This document shows positions 18,151 through 26,188 of a DNA stretch of 34,479 bases, piece after piece. Numbering within the stretch: position 1 is the first letter of the stretch; each line of letters starts with the position of its first letter. This DNA comes from a virus (lineage: Duplodnaviria; Caudoviricetes), in IMG/VR virus record IMGVR_UViG_3300032266_001082, positions 1-34,479 of that record; one strand, written 5' to 3'. Position numbers and translations under genes: made by a program. The notes beneath the pieces were generated by a model. That model was not told where the DNA came from. It saw only the letters and a list, made by a program, of their open reading frames with translations, and did not search any database.

Positions 18151-18698
18151 TGATATATTTTTTATTTAGCACAGAAGATAATGCTCCACATATAAAAGAA
18201 GTAGGGTCATGGGGTAATGTTATGGTAGGGGAAATAGATGAAAGCCTAATACCATATATAAAAATTCCAGACTCAATATTTGTGTCGCAAGATGTAGCCT
18301 ATGCCTGGAAATTTGCAGGGAAGTATAAAGGAGAAATTAGCGTCAGAGAAAATACTAACTCTTATGATCAATTAGATATATCTTTACTAAAGCCACATAA
18401 AGACAAGTTTAAGTATACTTTATCTGAGAAGGATAAAGAAAACGGTTGCCTTTTTCATAAAGCAGTAATGTATTTTCTGTTAAACAAATATTATTATAAT
18501 AAGACTTTGATTTCAAAATTTACTCCTGAAGAACTAAGAGGCCCCGACTGGAAATCTGAAGAGCACCTAACAAATGACAAAAACAAAATAATTGCAGAAA
18601 TAAAGTCTTGCCAAGACTGGCATGAGACTGGTATACTAATATCTAATAGATTCGGAATTGCTCATATTCCCGAGGCCCTAGCCAAAATAGATTTGTAG
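18150..18698 (+). CDS. Hypothetical protein
   Basis: Start moved to the ATG at 18150 (TAATG overlap). It fills the gap exactly; no motif recognised. Confidence 0.65.
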   Translation: MIYFLFSTEDNAPHIKEVGSWGNVMVGEIDESLIPYIKIPDSIFVSQDVAYAWKFAGKYKGEISVRENTNSYDQLDISLLKPHKDKFKYTLSEKDKENGCLFHKAVMYFLLNKYYYNKTLISKFTPEELRGPDWKSEEHLTNDKNKIIAEIKSCQDWHETGILISNRFGIAHIPEALAKIDL

Positions 18699-18703
18699 GA
18701 AAA

Positions 18704-20347
18704 ATGTTTAGTGTACCGCTAAATCCCAAGCTTAACGAAAATCAATTAAATGATTTTATTTCTTTTTTAAAAAAATATAAAGCATTTATATACGATTTTT
18801 ATTTTACTTGCAGGGTAGCCCCATTCAATCAAGATGCCATGGGCGATATATTTCAAGGCGGCAAAGAAGATCACGACTATTTAATTGATCTTGCATTACA
18901 TATCCAGCAAGAGACAGGGGTGATTGCTTCAGCAGTATTTAATAATACAGAGGTTAGACCAGACCAAAAAAACCTAGATCTTTTTATTAAAAGCTTTTTA
19001 CCAATATATGAAATGGGAATTAAATCTGCCACAATACCACACACTCATTGGATGGCAACAGGACAAATTAAAAAAGCATTTCCAGATCTATTTGTAAAAA
19101 ATACTATTCTTAGAAATGTTTCAGAGCCAAGAGATATTGAGCACCTAGCAAAAGCTGGATTTGATTACATTAACCTTGACCGTGATCTAATGCGTGATCA
19201 TGAAAAGTTAAAACGTTTTAAAAAGGCAAAGGCTCAATTTGGGATAAAGATATCTCTGCTTGCCAACGAAGGATGCTATGGCGGCTGCATAATGATGGAT
19301 GAGCACTATCAATTCAACAATACCCGCACAGACGGACCTCAGTATTTTAATGACCCTATAAGCAGGGTTTCTTGCCCAAAATGGGATCATGAAGATTTTG
19401 CGGTATCTTTAAAGACAGCCAATTTTCCACCCTGGAGAGAAGACTGGCAAGAATTTATTGATGACCTTGGAATTGATGTTATTAAGATGCATGGAAGAGA
19501 ATCCCATGTCCGCTTAAAAGAAACAATGGAAATAATTAAGAGATATGCAAATAACGAAGAAATTTTATTTGATAGTTTTAATGATTTTATTGAAGAAACT
19601 AATTTAATAGACAAGCCAATTGCCATCTGGCGCAACAAAATTAAAAATTGTAAGTTTGATTGCTGGGATTGCGGATACTGCGATAAAATCATGGCTGCTA
19701 AATACGGTAAGCATATTAATCCAAAAGTTGCTGTTGTTGCAAAAGAATTAGTTGATTCTGTAAATAGTTCAATTGAAATTGATATACCAGGACTAACCTC
19801 TACTAGAGTTCAGTCATTAATTAATAGTTTAGCTAAGTCTTCTGCTGGATACCTTGAAATTGGTTCATACCAGGGCGCTACAGCCGCTGCGGCGTTAAAG
19901 GGCAACAACCTACATGCATATTTTGTAGACACATGGCAGGAAGCCCCACAAGCCGTAAAAGAAGGTTGGGATACACCAAGCACTAATTCATTAGAAGAGT
20001 TTAAAAATAATATAGCCCCATACAAAGGACATAATAAAGTATTTATATCTAACTCAGATATGTTTAAAGTAAACGTAAAAAACATTTCAGATATCGACCT
20101 ATTTTTTTATGATGGACCCCATGATCTTGAGTCTACAAAAAATGCTGTAAAGTATTACTCACCAGTATTTGCTAAACATTCTATTTTAATATTTGATGAT
20201 GCAAATTGGACGGAAGTAGTGCAAGGTGCCTATAAAGGAATAATTGAATCAGGATTAAAAATATTGTATAGTAAAAAAGTGTTAAATGCACTTGAGTCAG
20301 ACACCGAGTGGTGGAATGGACTTTATATAGTAGTGGTGGAAAAATAA
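18704..20347 (+). CDS. U32-family (Fe-S) domain fused to a class I SAM methyltransferase (Methyltransf_24-like)
   Basis: U32-type motifs INLDRD, LANEGCYGGC, SC and GIDVIKMHGR, plus an extra CKFDCWDCGYC. The C-terminal domain carries YLEIGSYQG...VDTW...DLFFYDGPH...IFDD. Confidence 0.75.
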   Translation: MFSVPLNPKLNENQLNDFISFLKKYKAFIYDFYFTCRVAPFNQDAMGDIFQGGKEDHDYLIDLALHIQQETGVIASAVFNNTEVRPDQKNLDLFIKSFLPIYEMGIKSATIPHTHWMATGQIKKAFPDLFVKNTILRNVSEPRDIEHLAKAGFDYINLDRDLMRDHEKLKRFKKAKAQFGIKISLLANEGCYGGCIMMDEHYQFNNTRTDGPQYFNDPISRVSCPKWDHEDFAVSLKTANFPPWREDWQEFIDDLGIDVIKMHGRESHVRLKETMEIIKRYANNEEILFDSFNDFIEETNLIDKPIAIWRNKIKNCKFDCWDCGYCDKIMAAKYGKHINPKVAVVAKELVDSVNSSIEIDIPGLTSTRVQSLINSLAKSSAGYLEIGSYQGATAAAALKGNNLHAYFVDTWQEAPQAVKEGWDTPSTNSLEEFKNNIAPYKGHNKVFISNSDMFKVNVKNISDIDLFFYDGPHDLESTKNAVKYYSPVFAKHSILIFDDANWTEVVQGAYKGIIESGLKILYSKKVLNALESDTEWWNGLYIVVVEK

Positions 20348-21258
20348 TGCCTAGTCTAAGTATATTGCTTGAAGAATGGTACTATGTTCTAATGCTTGGG
20401 ACCGTAATGACCCTTTCATATTATGCACGTAAGTATGATGTGTTTCAGCCATTTTATTCATTTATTGCAAAAATTGTAAAATCTAAAAGAGCAGTAATTG
20501 CTTTAACCTCCGCAATTTCGGGAGTGCTTCCAATTAATGGAAGAGTAGTAATATCGGCTGGAGTTTTAAATACAATGGCTCCACAAGATGATAGAAGAAA
20601 AAAATATGGGGTAATTGATTATTTAGCTACCCACCATTTCTATTTTTGGTCACCATTAGAAAAAACAGTAATTCTTCCAATGGCAGCACTTAACATTTCC
20701 TATGCATCATTTGTTGGATCAGTATGGCCTCTTCTTGCAACCTTATTAATATGTGTACTATATTATATTTTTGTTGTAGTTAAAGAAGACGACGTGGATA
20801 TTGTTATTCGTAGTCAAAGAGAAAAGCATACACTAGATACAAAAAAAATTATTAAAGAAAATATTGTAACTTTAGCAATTGTCACAGGGCTTTTAATGGC
20901 AGGCAATTTTGTTGGATATCACAAAGAGTATTTCTCACAAATTGTAGATTCAGCTCATAAATCAGGACTACTTATTCTAGTCCTTTTAGGATCTTTTGTT
21001 CTATCATTCATACTTGGCAGCAGCGGTAAATTTGCTGGGGTCCTATCAATTTCCCTTCCAATATTTGGAGCAGCTTCTTTGCCAATACTCTTTGCCGCAA
21101 ATTGGGCTGGATACATTCTTTCTCCAATGCATAAATGTATGATAATTGGCAAGAGAATGTTTGGGTCAACCTTTAAAGACTATTATACTGTTTTGGCTGG
21201 GGTTGTGTTCTTTGTATTCTTAGTTGCAGTTGTTCAGACCTATACAACTGGCCTATAA
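20347..21258 (+). CDS. Polytopic membrane protein, permease-like (DUF401/ion-transporter-superfamily-like)
   Basis: Start moved to the ATG at 20347 (TAATG overlap). Roughly 8-10 hydrophobic segments; motifs SGVLPINGR, THHFYFWSPLE, GSSGKFAG and GYILSPMHKC. Confidence 0.65.
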   Translation: MPSLSILLEEWYYVLMLGTVMTLSYYARKYDVFQPFYSFIAKIVKSKRAVIALTSAISGVLPINGRVVISAGVLNTMAPQDDRRKKYGVIDYLATHHFYFWSPLEKTVILPMAALNISYASFVGSVWPLLATLLICVLYYIFVVVKEDDVDIVIRSQREKHTLDTKKIIKENIVTLAIVTGLLMAGNFVGYHKEYFSQIVDSAHKSGLLILVLLGSFVLSFILGSSGKFAGVLSISLPIFGAASLPILFAANWAGYILSPMHKCMIIGKRMFGSTFKDYYTVLAGVVFFVFLVAVVQTYTTGL

Positions 21259-21310
21259 TTGACCCTTATCCCGCTGGCTTTGAAAATGCCAGTGGGGTAT
21301 AATGGGTTAA
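21259..21310 (+). terminator. Long interrupted hairpin (terminator or processing site)
   Basis: TTGACCC-TTAT-CCCGCTGGC pairs with GCCAGTGGG-(GT)-ATAA-(T)-GGGTTAA: 20 bp with two G.U pairs and no U-tract. It starts 1 nt after the stop codon. Confidence 0.55.
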
Positions 21311-21348
21311 GCAAAGGCAATAGTACTGTCCTTAGCAATAAAGATTTA

Positions 21349-21371
21349 TGATATACTTTTAGGTATAGGAG
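21349..21371 (+). promoter_or_regulatory. Extended -10 promoter (TGATATACT) and RBS
   Basis: TGn-TATACT at 21349-21357, AGGAG at 21367-21371 and ATG at 21379. Confidence 0.55.
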
Positions 21372-21378
21372 ATACAAC

Positions 21379-21711
21379 ATGCCAGATTATGCAAGTTTAA
21401 CAGCTCAAGTAGACTTATTTAAAACTAAAGTCACAGCCCTTAGCGGTTCCACACTTGGAGCACAAGAATTGATTTATCTAGCCAAGGCTATTGAATCAAT
21501 GGGAAATCTTTTGGGAGTCAACGATGTTTTGGCAGCTACAACTACAAAACTTAATGATATCTCAACTGCAGTAACAGCCGCTACAACAACAGTAGCTGGA
21601 GCAGGAAGTACACAAGTAGCAGCAGTGGCTGCAGCAGGAGCAACCCAAGTAGCAGCAGTTGCAAATGAGTTAAACAACTTTACAATTTATCAGAATATGG
21701 GAGTAATATAA
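21379..21711 (+). CDS. Short MPDY-type adaptor protein
   Basis: Paralogous to the N-terminus of 14947..15615. Carries an AG(S/A)TQVAAVA repeat and ends in NMGVI. Confidence 0.7.
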   Translation: MPDYASLTAQVDLFKTKVTALSGSTLGAQELIYLAKAIESMGNLLGVNDVLAATTTKLNDISTAVTAATTTVAGAGSTQVAAVAAAGATQVAAVANELNNFTIYQNMGVI

Positions 21712-21712
21712 A

Positions 21713-22033
21713 ATGCCAACAACAGTCAGTTTACCAGCACGTTTTTATGCAGGAACGCTTACAGCTTCAGAAGTAGGAGTTTGGACAGTTCCAGCAGCAG
21801 AAACAGATGTAATCACATCTATTACAGTAATGAATATAACACTTGCAGCACAGACATTTGATGTTAAAATGGCAGGAACATTTTTGGCTTATCAGGTAAG
21901 CCTTCCACCACAAACATTTATGACATTAGACATTAAGCAAGTTCTTAACACCGCAGAGAGCATTCTTGTAAAAGCTTCAAACGCTTCATCAGTTACAATG
22001 TTTATCTCAGGCGTAAAAATAACATCATCTTAA
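21713..22033 (+). CDS. Small beta-sandwich virion protein
   Basis: PARFYAG...WTVP...ITVMN...VLNTAESI...MFISGV. Paralogous to the N-terminal domain of 26189..28555. Confidence 0.65.
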   Translation: MPTTVSLPARFYAGTLTASEVGVWTVPAAETDVITSITVMNITLAAQTFDVKMAGTFLAYQVSLPPQTFMTLDIKQVLNTAESILVKASNASSVTMFISGVKITSS

Positions 22034-22052
22034 TTTAAAGGAGTAGTAAAAA

Positions 22053-23045
22053 ATGCCATCATCCAATAGCACGTCCTCTATATATTTACCAGGACTTACA
22101 ACAACAATTGATGCTGCCGTAACAGCAGGTCTACAAACTGGTATTACCGCACAAGCAATTGCAGCAGGTGGAGTAAGCTCAATGTATATGCCTATAGAGG
22201 CTAGAGTTTATAGCTCTGGTACCTGGACACGTCCAGCAAATACAGGGCCAGTAATTAAATTAGTTCTTGTTGGTGGCGGAGGAGCGGGTGGTTGTGGTGT
22301 TTCATGGAGCCATAGCGGATCTGGTGGCGGAGGTGCAGGACAACTTGTTGAAAGATGGTTAGATATTTCTGCAATCCCTATTGGAGGAACCATTCCAATT
22401 ACTATCGGTGATGGTGGAGCAGCAGTAGGTGGAAACTCAAACGGAAACAACGGTGGTAATTCTACTTTTGGCGCTAATGGAAATTCATTTTACTTAATTG
22501 CATATGGCGGCGGCGGCGGAGGCTATCCAGAAAATAATGGAAATAATGGAAATAGCGGAAGCATGGGAGCGGGTTATAGTAATCAAAACGGCGGCGGTTC
22601 TGGCGGTGGAGGCGGATCTAACTTTGGACAATCTTACGGCGGCGGAGGCGGCGGAGGCGGCGCAAGAATGGGAGGCGGGCCAGCAAGATGTACAACAACA
22701 ACAAATGGAGTTGGATCATCTGGTCGTATGGGTGGATACGGATTTGGACCTGGAGCATCTGGTGGAGGATCGGGTGCATCGCATAACTGGACTTCATGGA
22801 TTGGAGTTGGTGGCCCAGGTGGAGACGGCGAATATGGAATTGCAGGCGGCGGCGGTGGCGGCGGCGGCGCAGGTGGTGGAGGATCTTGTGGTGGCGGAGC
22901 AGGAGGCTCACAAACAACAGATAACACTGGTGGACAAGGCATGAACGGAACAGGATCAGGCGGAGGCGGCAATAATCACACTGGTGGAAACGGTGCAAGG
23001 GGAGGTTCTGGCGTAGCTATTATTACATACTACGTTAAGGCATAA
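22053..23045 (+). CDS. Glycine-rich domain virion protein
   Basis: AAGGAG RBS. SGTWTRPAN...VLVGGGGAGG...GGSGVAIITY architecture of phage Gly-rich domains. Confidence 0.8.
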   Translation: MPSSNSTSSIYLPGLTTTIDAAVTAGLQTGITAQAIAAGGVSSMYMPIEARVYSSGTWTRPANTGPVIKLVLVGGGGAGGCGVSWSHSGSGGGGAGQLVERWLDISAIPIGGTIPITIGDGGAAVGGNSNGNNGGNSTFGANGNSFYLIAYGGGGGGYPENNGNNGNSGSMGAGYSNQNGGGSGGGGGSNFGQSYGGGGGGGGARMGGGPARCTTTTNGVGSSGRMGGYGFGPGASGGGSGASHNWTSWIGVGGPGGDGEYGIAGGGGGGGGAGGGGSCGGGAGGSQTTDNTGGQGMNGTGSGGGGNNHTGGNGARGGSGVAIITYYVKA

Positions 23046-23047
23046 TT

Positions 23048-23350
23048 ATGAGAGATTACATATTTATTAATGAGGATGGAACAGTACATAACATATTGCA
23101 TCTAGTTGGACCAGAAGCAATTGCTGAAAATGAAGATTTAAAAGATCTTTTACATTTTGATTACACAGACTGGGACTATGATGATAAGCCAGGACCAGAT
23201 TGGACATATAATAAAGAAACACAAGTATGGACAAAATCTGCTCCATTTATTTCAACAGTTGTTGTAGAAAATCTTGTACCTTTAGTTGAACCAGTAGCAG
23301 ATTCTCCAATTGTACAGCCAGATACTGCTCCAATGGTAGGTGAAAACTAA
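23048..23350 (+). CDS. Small acidic fibre-partner protein
   Basis: YIFINEDGTVHNIL...PGPDWTYN...W; follows the Gly-rich gene by 2 nt. Confidence 0.65.
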   Translation: MRDYIFINEDGTVHNILHLVGPEAIAENEDLKDLLHFDYTDWDYDDKPGPDWTYNKETQVWTKSAPFISTVVVENLVPLVEPVADSPIVQPDTAPMVGEN

Positions 23351-23595
23351 TGTCAAGAACTTGGGCTATAGTAGTAAATAATATTATTGGAAACGTAATT
23401 GTTGCTGAAGAAGATTATATTGCTTCACATCCAGATTTATCTGGATTAGATAGAATTGATATTACAGATTATAATCCACAACCAGGAATTATGTGGACAT
23501 TAGAAGATAATAAATTTAAAGCACCAGAATCAGTAAGACCAAAACCAGGGCATGAAGTATCAAACAATGCTCTTGAAATCGAGGTAAAACCATAA
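23350..23595 (+). CDS. Small fibre-partner protein
   Basis: WAIVVNNIIGNVIV...IDITD...PGIMWTL...F..P, with TAATG overlaps on both sides. Confidence 0.65.
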   Translation: MSRTWAIVVNNIIGNVIVAEEDYIASHPDLSGLDRIDITDYNPQPGIMWTLEDNKFKAPESVRPKPGHEVSNNALEIEVKP

Positions 23596-24530
23596 TGGCA
23601 ACATACGGAACAATTAATCAAATTTATGTACCAGGACTTGATGCAGCAATTCAATCTTCAGCAACAACACTTTCAACATCTATTGCAATTCCGTTAATTG
23701 CAGCAAACCTTTCAGGTTTTTATAATGCTTATGAAGTTTCAATTTTAAGCGGTGGGTCATGGACTCGTCCAGCAAATAGTGCACCACAAGTACAGGTAAC
23801 ATTGGTTGGCGGCGGCGGAGGCGGCGGATGCACAGCTGGATCAACCGATCATGGTGGCGGAGGTGCAGGACAACTGTTAAGAAGAACTCTTGATATTTCT
23901 TCTGTTGCAATAGGTTCAGGAATTTCAATTGGTATTGCATCAGGTGGAACCTGTAATAACCAAGGTGGAAACTCAACATTTGGAACTTCAGGACAACCGT
24001 TTTATATGATTGCATACGGCGGAGGGTCAACACAAGGTAACGGACAATCAGGTTCAAACGGACCAGGGGCTAACGATAGAACAGGAATTGGCTCAGGCGG
24101 TGGCGGTCAAGGTGAATGGCAAAATTCATGGGGCGGCGGCGGCGGTGGCGGCGGAGCAGGTGGAGCTGGACAAGAAGCTGATACACAGTACCCTAACTCT
24201 GGAGGATACTCTGGATACTTTGGTGGATCAAGAAACTCATCAGAAGGATCATCAGGTGGTGGGCCAGGTTCCGCTAACTCAAATGACTCAGGATATAGAT
24301 CACACGGAGGTCGTGGCGGTTCTGGACTTTACGGTCTTGCAGGCGGCGGCGGTGGATCAGCAAGAGGATCAAGTGGTAGTGGATCTAATGGCGGAGGCCA
24401 AGGACAAGCAGACTACACTGGTTCTGCAGGAACAAATGCTCAACCAAACTCAGGATCAGGCGGCGGCGGTGGAGCAGCAAACACTGGCGGTTCAGGAATC
24501 TGCAAGATTACCTATTGGGTAAAAGCTTAA
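23595..24530 (+). CDS. Glycine-rich domain virion protein (paralog of 22053..23045)
   Basis: Shares IY.PGL, WTRPAN, GGGGAGQL, FY.IAYGGG and ITY.VKA with the upstream paralog. Confidence 0.8.
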   Translation: MATYGTINQIYVPGLDAAIQSSATTLSTSIAIPLIAANLSGFYNAYEVSILSGGSWTRPANSAPQVQVTLVGGGGGGGCTAGSTDHGGGGAGQLLRRTLDISSVAIGSGISIGIASGGTCNNQGGNSTFGTSGQPFYMIAYGGGSTQGNGQSGSNGPGANDRTGIGSGGGGQGEWQNSWGGGGGGGGAGGAGQEADTQYPNSGGYSGYFGGSRNSSEGSSGGGPGSANSNDSGYRSHGGRGGSGLYGLAGGGGGSARGSSGSGSNGGGQGQADYTGSAGTNAQPNSGSGGGGGAANTGGSGICKITYWVKA

Positions 24531-24557
24531 TAATTAAAGAAATAAAAGGAGAATAAA

Positions 24558-24995
24558 ATGCCAGTATCAATGACCCCACAAGCTGTTACACCATCTTTGT
24601 GGACATACACATACCTTCAAGCACCAATTAATGGTCAAGGGTATACATACTTTAATATTCCTGTACAGTATACTGATTTGGGAACAAAAACAGCTGGAGG
24701 AACAGCAACATGCGATATATCAACAGCTGGTGTATTTAAAGTAATTGCAAATGGTAACATGACAGTAGCATTTACTAATTTACCAGCAACAGCTAAAGGA
24801 GCCTTCTGGCAACTTGAAATTAAATCTGGTGGATCGTATACTATCACATGGCCAGGATCTATAAAGTGGGACGGCGGCGGAGCTGCAAACGTAGCACCAC
24901 TTTTATCAACAAACACAACATTGTTAAACTTCTACACAAGAGACGGCGGAACAACTGTCTATGGCGGATACGCATTCGCTGATTTATACGTATAA
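24558..24995 (+). CDS. Tail-fibre connector-like beta protein (paralog of 15615..15992)
   Basis: AAGGAG RBS; GGSYTITWP...LLNFYTRDGGTT. Confidence 0.65.
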   Translation: MPVSMTPQAVTPSLWTYTYLQAPINGQGYTYFNIPVQYTDLGTKTAGGTATCDISTAGVFKVIANGNMTVAFTNLPATAKGAFWQLEIKSGGSYTITWPGSIKWDGGGAANVAPLLSTNTTLLNFYTRDGGTTVYGGYAFADLYV

Positions 24996-25013
24996 TAATT
25001 AAAAGGGGAATCC

Positions 25014-25457
25014 ATGTACGCAATAGTTAAGGATAAAGAAATTATCAATGTTGGTGAAATAACAATATTATTTCCCAATACTTCATTTCCAGCTAACGGC
25101 GACTATGGAGACTTTTTAAAAAATAATGATGTATATCCAGTTATAACTGATTTAGAATATGACTCAAATACTGAAAAGCTAGTTCCATGTGCACCATACA
25201 TTAAAAGCAAAAAGGTTTATAATGTTGAAGTGCAACCAATTTCTGAAGATGATCAAAAAGATATCTTGCTGGCGCATATCAACTTTGAATTAATATCTAC
25301 AGAAGGACTTGAGACTAAATCAGATTTATCTGCAAAAGATAAAAAAGCTTGGGTAGCATATAGAGAAAAACTTAATTTATTAAAAGAATATTCAAATGTA
25401 TCAGAAGTTACATGGCCTACAAAGCCTGTGGTTTATGGTGGAACAGAGGAAAAGTAA
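25014..25457 (+). CDS. Tail fibre assembly chaperone-like protein (paralog of 15992..16492)
   Basis: MYA...LFPNTSFP...YD..TEKL...WVAYREKL...VTWP. Confidence 0.7.
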   Translation: MYAIVKDKEIINVGEITILFPNTSFPANGDYGDFLKNNDVYPVITDLEYDSNTEKLVPCAPYIKSKKVYNVEVQPISEDDQKDILLAHINFELISTEGLETKSDLSAKDKKAWVAYREKLNLLKEYSNVSEVTWPTKPVVYGGTEEK

Positions 25458-26174
25458 TTGTTACCTAATCAGCGTTCAAATTTTCGTAGAGCTAGATTTA
25501 CAACAGTAGGTTTAAGCTTACACCTTGACGCCGCCCTCCCTGGAACAGTAGTTAGAGATGGCTCTAATTTTTGTTCTCAATGGACAGACAAATCTGGACA
25601 ACAACGACACATGGTGCAGGCAACACAAACTAACAAGCCTCTATTCTTAGCATCTGGCCTTGGTGGACTTGGAGCCCTTCAGTTTGATGGCTCAGATGAT
25701 TTTATGACATTTTCAGATCAAACTTTAGCATACATAGCATCTCGTTCATTTACAGTTATTTATGTTGCATCAAAACCAGCAAATGCTAATACATGGATTT
25801 TTGGTGGAACAAATACAGGAACTAGAACAAACTTTTTTGCAGGAAACTTAGCAGCCAATACACATAGAACTGGTTTTTATAATGATGATCAAGGATCTAT
25901 TGTTACAGCTGCCGCTTCAGGAACAACAGAAATTTACACAATTGTTTTTGACTCTTCAACAAATGAAAGAACTGTAAGAAGAAATAGAGTTGAAGTTTCA
26001 CGTTCTGTTGCAGGAGGATCAGTAGCTTCAATGACGGGACAAGCAATTGGAAGATATGTTTCATCTTATGGAAACTTTAAAATTGGAGAATTTTTAATTT
26101 ATAATAGAGCTTTGCAATTCTCAGAGTATGAAACTGTTGAAAAAGATCTAATATCTAAATGGTCTATAGTCTAA
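25458..26174 (+). CDS. LamG/concanavalin A-like lectin-fold protein, putative fibre tip
   Basis: TTG start with a GAGGA RBS. Motifs LSLHLDA...WTDKSG...FDGSDD...IGEFLIYNRAL...L..KW. Confidence 0.75.
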   Translation: MLPNQRSNFRRARFTTVGLSLHLDAALPGTVVRDGSNFCSQWTDKSGQQRHMVQATQTNKPLFLASGLGGLGALQFDGSDDFMTFSDQTLAYIASRSFTVIYVASKPANANTWIFGGTNTGTRTNFFAGNLAANTHRTGFYNDDQGSIVTAAASGTTEIYTIVFDSSTNERTVRRNRVEVSRSVAGGSVASMTGQAIGRYVSSYGNFKIGEFLIYNRALQFSEYETVEKDLISKWSIV

Positions 26175-26188
26175 GGGGGATTTAAGGT

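Noticed and set aside
18704-19700. Collagenase/protease acting on the phage collagen fibres
   Set aside because: The U32 peptidase label is historical. Characterised members are Fe-S hydroxylation factors, and the Cys motifs here fit that role.
21259-21378. tRNA or known riboswitch in the largest intergenic gap
   Set aside because: It is a single hairpin with no cloverleaf, T-loop or recognisable aptamer consensus.
22208-24522. Pro-rich and Arg-rich minus-strand ORFs and Ala/Glu/Gln-rich alternative plus-frame ORFs
   Set aside because: They are reverse-complement or frame-shifted readings of GGN glycine codons.
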